Notes: generated by a model not told the origin, from the letters alone. A stretch of DNA of 64,000 nucleotides from Thermoanaerobaculia bacterium (GCA_022824725.1 JAJDZH010000383.1:2563-66562), one strand, 5' to 3'. Counted from the first letter of the stretch, positions 25,177 through 33,835 are shown. A program made the numbers and translations.

Positions 25177-26019
25177 ATGCACAAGACACTCCCGGCCCTC
25201 AGCCTGTTGAGCTTCGCCCTGCTCCTCGCTCCGGCGTGCGCGCCGGCCGGGTCGAGCGATTCATCGACGAACGACGGGGCTGGCCAGCGGCCGCCGGACC
25301 CGGAACGCTGGCTGGTCGAGATCCTCGACCGGCGTCCACACGATCCCGGGGCCTACACGCAGGGTCTGCTGTGGCGCGACGGGGTGATCTACGAGAGCAC
25401 CGGCTCCTATGGCGCCTCGAGCCTGCGCTCGTGGCGCTGGGATGACGGTTCGGAACTGGACCGGGTCGATCTCGACCGAGACCTGTTCGGCGAGGGCATC
25501 GCCCTCGTCCCGGGCGCGGAGGAGCGGCTGATCCAGTTGACCTGGCGACGAGGCATGGCCCTGGTGTGGACGCTGGAACCGTTCACCGAACTGGGGACGA
25601 TGCGTTTCGACGGGGAAGGTTGGGGACTCGCCTACGACGGCTCGGACCTCATCATGAGCGACGGCACACCGATCCTCACGTTCCGCGATCCCGAGACCCT
25701 GACGGTGCGGCGGCGCCTGCGCGTAACGAGGAGCGGCATGCCGGTAGACGACCTGAATGAACTCGAGCTGGTGGACGACCTGCTCTTCGCGAACCTCTTC
25801 GGCAGCGACGAGATTGCCGCCATCGACATGAACTCCGGATCGGTGGTGGCCATGGTCGACGCTTCGGGCCTCCTGACCGACGAGGAGGCGGAGGAGGCGG
25901 ACGTCCTCAACGGCATCGCCTACCGGCCCGAGACCGGGACCTTCGTGCTGACCGGGAAGTACTGGCCCTGGATCTTCGAGGTGCGGATCCTGGGCTACGA
26001 TCCGCCGCTCGCCCGATGA
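25177..26019 (+). CDS. glutamine (glutaminyl-peptide) cyclotransferase, beta-propeller type
   Basis: Signal/lipobox-like N-terminus (LLLAPACA). [32 protein letters not shown] matches the plant/bacterial QC family as I recall it. Confidence 0.75.
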   Translation: MHKTLPALSLLSFALLLAPACAPAGSSDSSTNDGAGQRPPDPERWLVEILDRRPHDPGAYTQGLLWRDGVIYESTGSYGASSLRSWRWDDGSELDRVDLDRDLFGEGIALVPGAEERLIQLTWRRGMALVWTLEPFTELGTMRFDGEGWGLAYDGSDLIMSDGTPILTFRDPETLTVRRRLRVTRSGMPVDDLNELELVDDLLFANLFGSDEIAAIDMNSGSVVAMVDASGLLTDEEAEEADVLNGIAYRPETGTFVLTGKYWPWIFEVRILGYDPPLAR

Positions 26020-26068
26020 ACCTGAAGCGCGACGAAACCCAGGGACCGAAACAGGAGTACTTCAGAGC

Positions 26069-27073
26069 ATGAGCGATCAGATCTGGTACGTCGCCGTCGA
26101 CGGCAAGCAGGAAGGACCGTACAAGGCCGAGGAGATCGAGGAGAGGATCCGTGCCGGCTCAGTCGCGCGCGGCGCTCATGTCTACCGGGACGGCATGGGC
26201 AACTGGGCGCCGGTCGTCAGCGAGCCGCGGTTCGCCGCCGCCTTCGGCACGCCGATCCCCAAGCCGCCGGGGGGCGTCGCTGATGAAATCGACTTCGTGA
26301 TCGTCGGCGAGGAGATGCAGTTCGTCGAGATCACGCTCGATCCGGGCGAGGCCTGTATCGCGGAAGCGGGATCGTTCATGTACATGGATCCCGGCATCGA
26401 GATGAACACGATCTTCGGCGACGGTTCGGAGCGTGGCGGCGGCGGCTTCATGGACAAGCTCCTCTCCGCCGGCAAACGGGTCCTGACGGGGGAGTCCCTG
26501 TTCATGACGGTGTTCGGCAACGGCGCCGGCGCCCGCCGGAACGTGGCCTTCGCCTCGCCCTACCCGGGGCGCATCATTCCCCTCGACCTTCCGGCCCATG
26601 GCAACACGATCCTCTGCCAGAAGGATGCCTTTCTCTGTGCCGCCAAGGGCGTATCGGTGGGCATCGCGTTTCAGCGAAAGCTCGGGGCTGGTCTGTTCGG
26701 CGGCGAAGGCTTCATCCTGCAGAAGCTCGAAGGCGACGGACTCGCGTTCGTCCACGCCGGCGGCACGGTCGTCGAGCGCGATCTCGCCGCTGGCGAGACG
26801 CTTCGGCTGGACACCGGTTGCCTGGTCGCCTTCGAACGCCAGGTCGACTACGACATCCAGACGGTGCCCGGGATCAAGACCGCGCTGTTCGGCGGCGAGG
26901 GGCTGTTCTTCGCCAGCCTGACCGGACCTGGAAGGGTGTGGATCCAGTCCCTTCCGTTCAGCCGCCTGGCGAGCCGGGTGTACGCCGCCGCCCCTCAGAC
27001 CGGCGGAACGCGCAAGGGCGAAGGTTCCGTACTCGGCGGTCTGGGCGGCCTGGTGATGGGCGATCGACGCTGA
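26069..27073 (+). CDS. GYF_2-like domain fused to AIM24/TIGR00266 family protein
   Basis: The N-terminal roughly 55 aa ([25 protein letters not shown]....[12 protein letters not shown]) is GYF_2/DUF4339-like. The remainder has AIM24-family strings ([50 protein letters not shown]). Confidence 0.75.
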   Translation: MSDQIWYVAVDGKQEGPYKAEEIEERIRAGSVARGAHVYRDGMGNWAPVVSEPRFAAAFGTPIPKPPGGVADEIDFVIVGEEMQFVEITLDPGEACIAEAGSFMYMDPGIEMNTIFGDGSERGGGGFMDKLLSAGKRVLTGESLFMTVFGNGAGARRNVAFASPYPGRIIPLDLPAHGNTILCQKDAFLCAAKGVSVGIAFQRKLGAGLFGGEGFILQKLEGDGLAFVHAGGTVVERDLAAGETLRLDTGCLVAFERQVDYDIQTVPGIKTALFGGEGLFFASLTGPGRVWIQSLPFSRLASRVYAAAPQTGGTRKGEGSVLGGLGGLVMGDRR

Positions 27074-27151
27074 CGCCGCGCATGGAACTGGCCGCCCACC
27101 GGGTGCGCGGGTCTTCTGACCCGCTGCCGCCGAAGGCGGCCAGATGAACGG

Positions 27152-27178
27152 GCCGGCAGGCAGGCCGGCGCCTTTCTG
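27152..27178. terminator. possible bidirectional terminator hairpin between convergent genes
   Basis: GCCGGC-aggcag-GCCGGC stem-loop (27152-27169) followed by GCCTTTCT. A second small hairpin, GCCGCC-gaa-GGCGGC, lies at 27126-27140. The T-tract is weak. Confidence 0.3.
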
Positions 27179-27208
27179 GCGGCCAGTTGCATGCGCGGCG
27201 TCAGCGGC

Positions 27209-27472
27209 TCAGGTGGCGACCGACTCGATCTTCAGCATGCGGGCCCACGCCGCGCGCAGGCTCTCGGGCAGGTCCAGGTCGTCGAACAGCTCCCGCACCT
27301 CATCCCGGGAGACGTAGTCCCAGATGTCTTCCCACTGTGCGTAGCGCAGCATGCAGGAGATCGCCGTGCAGCGATCCTCGCGGTTTCCGCCGTGGAGCAT
27401 CTCTTCGAGTTCCTCGACGGTCACGTCCCGCTCCGGGAAGAAGTAGAGGGGCTGGGAGCTGCAAACCATCAA
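27209..27472 (-). CDS. hypothetical small acidic protein (87 aa)
   Basis: The composition is protein-like (W/Y/E/D-rich). The antisense ORF 27191..27493 is R/G/A/V noise. No family is firmly recognised (see findings). Confidence 0.55.
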   Translation of the reverse strand: MMVCSSQPLYFFPERDVTVEELEEMLHGGNREDRCTAISCMLRYAQWEDIWDYVSRDEVRELFDDLDLPESLRAAWARMLKIESVAT

Positions 27473-27585
27473 GCGCGAGGACTAGGGGCGTAACGGTGCG
27501 CATCATAGCGTCTTTTACCGAGGTGGGGCCGGGGTGCTTGACCGTCCGCAGGGGCTGGGTTACCTTGAACCCGGTCTGAGCGCCT

Positions 27586-27661
27586 GCGGGCATAACTCAG
27601 TTGGCAGAGTGCCAGCTTCCCAAGCTGGATGTCGCGGGTTCGAGTCCCGTTGCCCGCTCCA
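27586..27661 (+). tRNA. tRNA-Gly (anticodon CCC), CCA encoded
   Basis: Manual cloverleaf: acceptor GCGGGCA/TGCCCGC, D arm ACTC-AGTTGGCA-GAGT, anticodon arm CCAGC-TTCCCAA-GCTGG, T arm GCGGG-TTCGAGT-CCCGT, then TCCA. Confidence 0.92.
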
Positions 27662-27727
27662 GACGCCTCAGCCGGTGTGTAGCTGGTCCGGAACGAGTCC
27701 AAGAGACAGGAAGGGTACAAACAGCAG

Positions 27728-28195
27728 ATGGCGTTCTTCAAGAAGGATCTCGAGGAAACAGCGGCGGAAGCCGCGCAGACGCCTCCCGGGGAAGTGAGGT
27801 CGCCTTCGGCCGCGCCGGCGCGCACCTACGTCGCGCCGGGTTCACACATCGATGGCAGCATCGCTGGCGATGCCGAGGTCCTGGTCGACGGTTCCCTGGC
27901 GGGGAACGTTGAGCTCAACGGCCGTTTCGTGCTCGGACGGCGGGGGCGGATCGAGGCTGACGTGGTTGCCCAGTCCGTCCAGGTTTCGGGTCACGTGAAG
28001 GGCGATATCCGGGCATCGGAGAAGATCGAAGTGCTGTCCTCGGGCTCCGTCGAGGGCGATCTGACCGCTCCTCTGGTGTCCATCGCCGAGGGGGGCATCT
28101 GCAACGGCAGGATCGAGATGAGCGGCACGCTGGCTATCGGCGCGACGCCAGGTCGGAGTTACGCGAGCGCTGCCGGCGGCCCGGGCGACTCCTGA
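27728..28195 (+). CDS. bactofilin family cytoskeletal protein
   Basis: Repetitive beta-helix pattern: G..I.G.I.GD.EV.VDG...G.V......V...G.IEADV.A.SV.V.G.V.G.I.A.EKIEV...G.V.GDL.AP...I..G. Confidence 0.85.
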   Translation: MAFFKKDLEETAAEAAQTPPGEVRSPSAAPARTYVAPGSHIDGSIAGDAEVLVDGSLAGNVELNGRFVLGRRGRIEADVVAQSVQVSGHVKGDIRASEKIEVLSSGSVEGDLTAPLVSIAEGGICNGRIEMSGTLAIGATPGRSYASAAGGPGDS

Positions 28196-29154
28196 CGAGC
28201 GACCGGCAATCCCTGATCCAGGCGACAGGCCTTGCACAGGGCCTGAAGGTCTTCGGGCACCTGAGCGGTGAAGGCGCGCGACGGTGTGCCGCCGAACCCC
28301 GGCAGCGTGAGCCGCAGAGCGTGGAGAGCCGGTCGCGGGAACTCGCGCACCGGCCGGCGCATGGATGGCTCGAGGCTTCTCCAGCGTGCCTCGCCATAGG
28401 TCGGATCGCCGACAAGAGGGTGTCCGATCGCCTTGCAGTGAACCCGGATCTGGTGGGTTCTGCCGGTCAGGATCTCCAGTTCCAGCAGTGAAACTCCGGC
28501 TGCCCCGGCCAGCAGCCGGTATCTGCTGGCGGCTGGCCGTCCGCCCCTGGACTCGCTCACCACCGCCATGCGGGTGCGCACCGCCGGGTCGCGGCCGATC
28601 GGTAGGGTGATCTCACCCTGCGGCGGTTCGGGCCGACCGTAGACCACGGCCAGATAGACCTTGTCGACCTCGCGTTCGGCAAAGGCGCGGCTCAGCCGCC
28701 GGTAGGCGCGATCGCTGCACGCGACGGCAAGGGCGCCGCTGGTGCCCGCGTCCAGGCGATGAACGATGCCGGGCCGTTCGGCGGACCCGACTCCGGCGAT
28801 GCCGGGGCGGTGGTGGAGGAGTCTGTTCACCAGGGTGCCTCCCGGTACGCCGCTTCCGGGGTGCACGATCAGGCCGGCGGGCTTGTCCACGATGAGCAGG
28901 TCCTCGTCCTCGTGGATCACTGAGACGGGACCGGCCTCGGCGAGCGGCTGCTCCGTGGGTGGCGGAGGCAGGCTGTAGGCGATCTCCTCACCGCCCCGGA
29001 GCACGTAGGACGGCTTGAGGGGCGAGCCTCCAGCCGTGACAAGACCGCGACGGAGAAGACTCTGAACCCGGTTACGGGGCAGGTCGAGAACCCGCGCGAG
29101 GTAGACGTCGACCCGCTGGCCGGCCGCCGAGGCCGGCGCCTCGATCGAGTTCAC
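28159..29154 (-). CDS. rluD: 23S rRNA pseudouridine synthase, RluA/RluD family
   Basis: S4-like N-terminus (RVDVYLARVL), catalytic HRLDAGTSGALAVA, and TGRTHQIRVH. The 3' end overlaps the bactofilin gene by 37 nt. Confidence 0.9.
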   Translation of the reverse strand: MNSIEAPASAAGQRVDVYLARVLDLPRNRVQSLLRRGLVTAGGSPLKPSYVLRGGEEIAYSLPPPPTEQPLAEAGPVSVIHEDEDLLIVDKPAGLIVHPGSGVPGGTLVNRLLHHRPGIAGVGSAERPGIVHRLDAGTSGALAVACSDRAYRRLSRAFAEREVDKVYLAVVYGRPEPPQGEITLPIGRDPAVRTRMAVVSESRGGRPAASRYRLLAGAAGVSLLELEILTGRTHQIRVHCKAIGHPLVGDPTYGEARWRSLEPSMRRPVREFPRPALHALRLTLPGFGGTPSRAFTAQVPEDLQALCKACRLDQGLPVARQESPGPPAALA

Positions 29155-29681
29155 TTCGACGTGCCGGCGCCGATCAGGTCGCTTTGGCCTGCCCTGGCCT
29201 CGGTGGTCCGGTTCCCCAACGACGGAACGAAGCCATGAACCAGCATCAGGACGATGCCGACCGTCACACCGCTGTCGGCAACGTTGAAAGCGGGCCAGTG
29301 ATGCGTGCCGACGTAGACGTCCAGGAAGTCGGTAACCGCTCGCAGCAGGATGCGGTCGACCAGATTGCCGACCGCGCCGCCAAGCACCAGGGAAAGGGAA
29401 AGGAGAAGCAGCGGTTCCCGCTCGGACGTGCGGCGGAAGTAGACCGAGACGATGGCGAGCGCGGCGAAACCGAGAGCGGTCAGCACGAGTGTGCCGCCGA
29501 GTTCACGCCCGGCCGGGAACAGCCCGAACGCGATGCCGGTGTTCTGCACGTGCACGAGATCGAAGAAGCCCGGCAGGACTTCCAAGCGCTCGTGCGGCTC
29601 CAGGATGCCTTCGATCCAGAGCTTGGTCCACTGATCCAGCGCCAGAATCAGCGCGGAAACGACGAGAAATCTAGCCCGCAT
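29151..29681 (-). CDS. lspA: lipoprotein signal peptidase (signal peptidase II)
   Basis: Four TM segments. It has LDQWTK, the NTGIAFG motif and AFNVADS. Confidence 0.9.
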   Translation of the reverse strand: MRARFLVVSALILALDQWTKLWIEGILEPHERLEVLPGFFDLVHVQNTGIAFGLFPAGRELGGTLVLTALGFAALAIVSVYFRRTSEREPLLLLSLSLVLGGAVGNLVDRILLRAVTDFLDVYVGTHHWPAFNVADSGVTVGIVLMLVHGFVPSLGNRTTEARAGQSDLIGAGTSK

Positions 29682-29713
29682 GGCTGCCCTGCCTGAGCCG
29701 TCGGGGCGCGGGA

Positions 29714-30367
29714 TCAGTACAGCTGGGGATTACTGGCGTCACGGGGCCGCATCGTACCAGCCGCCCCGAGCCAGGCGGTCTCGAGGTCCACCGCCGCCCG
29801 CGGGTCGACAAAGGCCCTGATCGCCGCCACGCCGTGCGCACCCGCGCGGGCGATCGAGGACGCGTTGCCGGCATCGACACCGCCGACGGCGAGCACCGGC
29901 AGGCCGACCTTCACAGCCCGCCGAAGCCGCTCCAGGCCCTGGGCCGGGCCGAAGCGCCGCTTCTCCGGAGAGTCGAAGACGGGGCCGAACAGGGCGTAGT
30001 GAGCTCTCGCTGCCGACGCTGCCTCGAGCTCTTCCAGGCTGTGCGTGGAGACGCCCAGCAGCAGACCCCGCCGGCGCACGCGCGTGCCCACCTCCCGCCA
30101 CGGAGCGTCGGATGGCAGGTGAACGCCATCGGCATCGCAGGCCAAGGCGGCCTCGAGGTCGCCGTTCACGATCAGGACCCCGTCGAAGGCGTTTCGGAGG
30201 GTGCGGCCGAGGTGAATCAGTTCGTCCCGTTCCAGGTCCTTCTCCCGCAGTTGGATTGCAGTACCGGAGGGGAGCGATCGGGCCCAGCGTCCCAGTTCCT
30301 CGACGCCACCGCAGAGTTGCCGGGCACTGATCGCCAGCAGAACTGGAATCCTTGGCCGCTCTCTCAC
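29714..30367 (-). CDS. thiE: thiamine-phosphate synthase / TenI family
   Basis: IQLREKD, DGVHL, GVSTHS..E...A, YALFGPVF.S, and LPVLAVGGV are TMP-TENI family motifs. ThiE and TenI cannot be told apart by eye. Confidence 0.7.
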   Translation of the reverse strand: MRERPRIPVLLAISARQLCGGVEELGRWARSLPSGTAIQLREKDLERDELIHLGRTLRNAFDGVLIVNGDLEAALACDADGVHLPSDAPWREVGTRVRRRGLLLGVSTHSLEELEAASAARAHYALFGPVFDSPEKRRFGPAQGLERLRRAVKVGLPVLAVGGVDAGNASSIARAGAHGVAAIRAFVDPRAAVDLETAWLGAAGTMRPRDASNPQLY

Positions 30368-30418
30368 GCGCTCGACCGGGCAGAGCCCGGTCGCGGGCTC
30401 GCCGGCATCAGGTCGTCG

Positions 30419-32452
30419 TCAGGGGACGAACGGCGGCGTCCGCCCGCCGCCGCCCGAGGGCGGCGAAGACGAGGAGGGTGAGGAAGAGGGAGGGGAAGAC
30501 GGCGGCGAGTAGCTTGACGGACTTGAACCTGGAGGAGGAGAGTAGCTCCTCGGCGGCGAAGAAGACCGCGGCGAGGAACTCCTGGGCGTGGACCGTACTC
30601 GTGTTGGCCGCGACGAAGACCTCGGTGTAGAGGCCCTCGGCGTCGACCGCACCCGGGTGGGCGGCGCGGCCCTGGGCGTCGAACTTCGCGGCGTGGACCG
30701 CACCCGCGTGGGAGGCGCTGCCTCGGGCGTCGCGCTCCGCGGTGTGGACCGCACTCGGGTGGGACTCGCACCGCCGTCCCGGCTCCGGATGGCGTCCAGT
30801 ACGCGGCGACCGGCTGTTGGCCGTCGGCTCGGAGCAGGGACGGCGCCGGGACTCGCGGGCGCTGCTTTCCTGACGGACACGGTTGACGTCGCGGATTCGT
30901 CGTCCCGAGTCGCGGGGAGCGGAGCGGATCGCCGGATCGCGATGTCGGCACCGTCGTCGCGGACCACGCCGGCCCGGGCCGGCCTGCCTGCCGGAGCGGC
31001 CCGGACTCCGCCGGCCGTGACGCCCGTCAACCCTGAACGGTTTCCCGAAGGAGAAACACGACGCACCGACACGACGGCGGGGTCGGCAGCGCTGCGCCTG
31101 ATCTCGCTTCGGAACGAGGGGTCGAGGTCGGGAACCCGCGCCACGAAGCCGTCGGCATTCGGAATCTCGCTCTCGTCGAGTCCGCCGCGCCGGTTGATCA
31201 GGACCCGCTGGGTCGCCGCCGGGTCGCGCCAGTTCCGCCGGTCGATGCCCCGGGTGTCCGTCGTGATGATGCCGCGTTCGAGCTTGGGATGGTGGCGCCG
31301 CAGGGAACGGCCGTACGTGTAGCCGCGACCGTAGCCAAAGTAGCCGGTCGGGCAGAAGATCCAGGTGTTGAACGGATCCCAGTAGCCGCCGGCCCAGCCG
31401 TAGAGCCCGAAACGGAGGCCGTGACCCAGACCCCGGTAGTAGTGCTGGTAGTAACCGCGCGGAATCCAGCCGACGTAGGATGGCCCCCAGTACCAGTAGA
31501 CATGGCTGGGGGCGTAGCGCAGACCCGGGAACCAGATCCATCCCCAGGCCGGATGCATGTTCCAGCTGCCATAGTGGTAAGTGAGCGGACCCCAGGGATC
31601 CCGAGCCACCCAGTAGAGCCCGGCGGGAGTATCCGTCCACCGGCCCCGGCTGTAGGGCTGCCAGTTCTGCTCGACGCGCGGCTTCCATGCCCGGCGATCG
31701 TCGACCTCGACCCACTCGCCATGCGCGCCCAGCGTGTCGCGGTAGCCGCCGATATCGACCGCGGCATAGGCCACGAGACTGGCCCGATGGCCTTCCGTCC
31801 AGTCAGCCAGCGCGGCCGCCGCCACGCCCGCACCGTTCTGGAGCTCGATCCAGGGGTTGTCGAGACCGTTGGCCACGAGCGTCTCGCCGCCACGAACGAT
31901 GACCGACCCCCGCTGCGTCACGACCTCCGTGAATCCGGCAAGAACCGTCACCTCGGTCCAGCGGCTTCCGTCGCTGTGAACCTGGTAGCGACCGTCCTGC
32001 TTGACGTAGACCCTGGCGTTGGCGGTGTCCACCACCGGCAACTCCGATTGAAGAAGGTGATCTGCGACCTCCAGGCTCAGCCGGCCCCGGTGGAGGACGT
32101 AGAGCGAGTCCGGGTCCTCGCCGTCCGGCGATCCGGCGATGCGCTCGAGGGTGATCTCCGAGTCGTGGTCCAGGGCCAGGATCGATCGGTCCGACATGAG
32201 GACCGCGAGTCGCGCGCTCGGCGTCGTCCAGATCCGGTCGCCCCGCAGAATCGGCAAGTGGAGTTCAAGTTCGCTCTGAGCGCCGGAACGGGCCGCGAAC
32301 AGGGTCGCGTCTCCGTCCAGCGCGCCGACGAAACTGTAGACGCCGGCAAGGCCCTCCGCCTGTTCCTGGCCAGGAGTGTTCGCTGCCCAGGCGGCGGATG
32401 CGGCAAGGACCATCGGCAGCGCGAGGACGCTGATCGGAAGCGGGTGTCTCAT
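30419..32452 (-). CDS. secreted FecR-like domain protein with Trp/Tyr/Gly-rich central region and Arg/Ser/Pro-rich repetitive C-terminus
   Basis: Signal peptide MRHPLPISVLALPMVLAASAAWA. FecR-like strand pattern (LRGDRIWTTPSARLAVLMSDRSILALDHDSEITL). W/Y-rich block (YHYGSWNMHPAWGWIWFPG...YWYWGPSYVGWIPRGYY). Four PTRVRSTPRS repeats, then an S/P tail. Confidence 0.7.
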   Translation of the reverse strand: MRHPLPISVLALPMVLAASAAWAANTPGQEQAEGLAGVYSFVGALDGDATLFAARSGAQSELELHLPILRGDRIWTTPSARLAVLMSDRSILALDHDSEITLERIAGSPDGEDPDSLYVLHRGRLSLEVADHLLQSELPVVDTANARVYVKQDGRYQVHSDGSRWTEVTVLAGFTEVVTQRGSVIVRGGETLVANGLDNPWIELQNGAGVAAAALADWTEGHRASLVAYAAVDIGGYRDTLGAHGEWVEVDDRRAWKPRVEQNWQPYSRGRWTDTPAGLYWVARDPWGPLTYHYGSWNMHPAWGWIWFPGLRYAPSHVYWYWGPSYVGWIPRGYYQHYYRGLGHGLRFGLYGWAGGYWDPFNTWIFCPTGYFGYGRGYTYGRSLRRHHPKLERGIITTDTRGIDRRNWRDPAATQRVLINRRGGLDESEIPNADGFVARVPDLDPSFRSEIRRSAADPAVVSVRRVSPSGNRSGLTGVTAGGVRAAPAGRPARAGVVRDDGADIAIRRSAPLPATRDDESATSTVSVRKAAPASPGAVPAPSRRPTAGRRVLDAIRSRDGGASPTRVRSTPRSATPEAAPPTRVRSTPRSSTPRAAPPTRVRSTPRASTPRSSSRPTRVRSTPRSSSPRSSSPPRSYSPPPGSSPSSYSPPSSPPSSSPSSSSPPSGGGGRTPPFVP
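30554..30763 (-). repeat. in-frame tandem repeat, 4 copies of about 51-54 bp
   Basis: The + strand core GTGGACCGYACYCGNGTKGG recurs at about 30588, 30641, 30693 and 30744. It encodes the PTRVRSTPRS(x7-8) units of the protein above. Confidence 0.85.
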
Positions 32453-32506
32453 CTCTCGGTCCCCCTGAGGAATCGGAGCGAATGGAAGTTACCATTCCTG
32501 GCTTCG

Positions 32507-32522
32507 AGCAAGCTGCGTGCCA
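32507..32522 (-). promoter_or_regulatory. sigma-54 (-24/-12) promoter
   Basis: The minus strand reads TGGCACGCAGCTTGCT, an exact fit to TGGCACG-N4-TTGCW. The -12 element lies about 55 nt upstream of the ATG at 32452. Confidence 0.65.
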
Positions 32523-32677
32523 GGGGGTGGGGTGAACCCGCGGGCGACATCGCACTCTCCACAAAGGAACGGAGCGCTTCGAGTGGGACACGCCTGTCAC
32601 CTCCAGGGGACGACCGGGGCGTGGTCGGCGCCTTCTCCCGTATGATCCAGCCAGCCCCCGCGTCGGCCAGGTAGCGC

Positions 32678-33205
32678 ATGACCGTCCTTCCCATTCGTCA
32701 ATACCCGGATCCGGTGCTGCGGGCACGATGCGCGCCTGTGGTTGACTTCGGGCCCGATCTGAGACGGCTGGTCGAGGACATGATCCAGACGATGCACGAT
32801 GCCCCCGGAGTCGGCCTCGCGGCGCCGCAAGTCGGCGTGGAGTTGCGCGTCGCGGTGGTTGATGCCACGGCGGGCGTGGATCCGGGAGCGGTCCGGGTGC
32901 TCGTGAACCCGGAGATCCTCGATACCGCGGGCGTCGATACGGAAACCGAAGGCTGTCTGTCGATTCCCGACTTCACGGAGCAGGTCACCCGGCCCGCCTC
33001 CGTCCGGGTCGCCGCCCGCGACCTGGAGGGGAGGGCGTACGAGGTCGACGCGGACGAGCTCGAAGCGAGGGCGATCCAGCACGAGCTGGACCACCTGGAC
33101 GGCATCCTGTTCGTCGACCGTCTCCGCGGATTGCGCCGCCAGCGCGCCCGGAGCTTCCTCCGCCGTCTGCGGTCGCCCGAACCGGCCGTCGCCGGCGGCA
33201 ACTGA
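32678..33205 (+). CDS. def: peptide deformylase
   Basis: GVGLAAPQVG, EGCLSIP and HELDHLDG are the three Def motifs. Confidence 0.95.
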   Translation: MTVLPIRQYPDPVLRARCAPVVDFGPDLRRLVEDMIQTMHDAPGVGLAAPQVGVELRVAVVDATAGVDPGAVRVLVNPEILDTAGVDTETEGCLSIPDFTEQVTRPASVRVAARDLEGRAYEVDADELEARAIQHELDHLDGILFVDRLRGLRRQRARSFLRRLRSPEPAVAGGN

Positions 33206-33228
33206 GACCTCCGCGTCCGCCGGAATCG

Positions 33229-33744
33229 GTGCGCGTTCCGATGGCAGCGACGGTCCTCTCCACGGTGTTCCTGCTCGCCTGCGAGAGTGAGGGAGGAAGT
33301 CCGACCGCTCCGGTGAGCCCGGTCATGAGCGGCGGGGTCAGCTTCTCGCCTGCCTCGCCAAACGACCCCGCGATCGCTCTGCGTGGCGGCGCGAACGGGT
33401 CGGCGCTCGAGATCGAGGTCTACGCCGTCGGCGTCGACGACCTCTACGGCCTGAGCTTCGAGCTTCGGTTTCCGGCGGACCTGCTGCGCTACGAGAGTCA
33501 CGGACAGGGCGTCTTCCCGAACATGGAGGTGACGGAGACGGCAGCGGGCCGACTCCTCGTGGGCGCCACCCACCTGGGGCCGGTAGCCGGCCTGTCTGGC
33601 GGAGGCGCCGTCGTCGTCGTCCGCTTCGCCGCCATCGCCAACGGCACCGGCCGCTTCGACTTCAGCGGCGAGGAGGCCTTCGACAGTTTCGGCGGCCGCC
33701 TGAGCCTGAACTGGCACGGAGGAACGGTCGTCGTCGAACTCTGA
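33229..33744 (+). CDS. lipoprotein with cohesin-like beta-sandwich domain (hypothetical)
   Basis: Lipobox LLAC at the N-terminus. The pattern LEIEVYAVGVDDLYGLSFELRFPADLL resembles cohesin-type domains. This is a tentative call from memory. Confidence 0.5.
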   Translation: MRVPMAATVLSTVFLLACESEGGSPTAPVSPVMSGGVSFSPASPNDPAIALRGGANGSALEIEVYAVGVDDLYGLSFELRFPADLLRYESHGQGVFPNMEVTETAAGRLLVGATHLGPVAGLSGGGAVVVVRFAAIANGTGRFDFSGEEAFDSFGGRLSLNWHGGTVVVEL

Positions 33745-33835
33745 AGCTGAGCCCGAACCGGAGACCCGACACCTGGACCCGGATCGATGCGCATTGCTAC
33801 TGTCCCTGCTTCGGGTCCGACCCCCCGAGTTGCCG

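Noticed and set aside
30368-30418. I looked for a TPP riboswitch upstream of the thiE/tenI-like gene.
   Set aside because: Only 51 nt separate it from the preceding co-directional gene. The conserved CUGAGA / ACCUGAUCUGGAUAAUGC-type elements are not present.
30554-30763. The 51-bp tandem repeat, considered as a non-coding minisatellite or repeat array.
   Set aside because: The units are in frame within a long ORF and encode a coherent peptide repeat (PTRVRSTPRS...). It is reported instead as an intragenic repeat.
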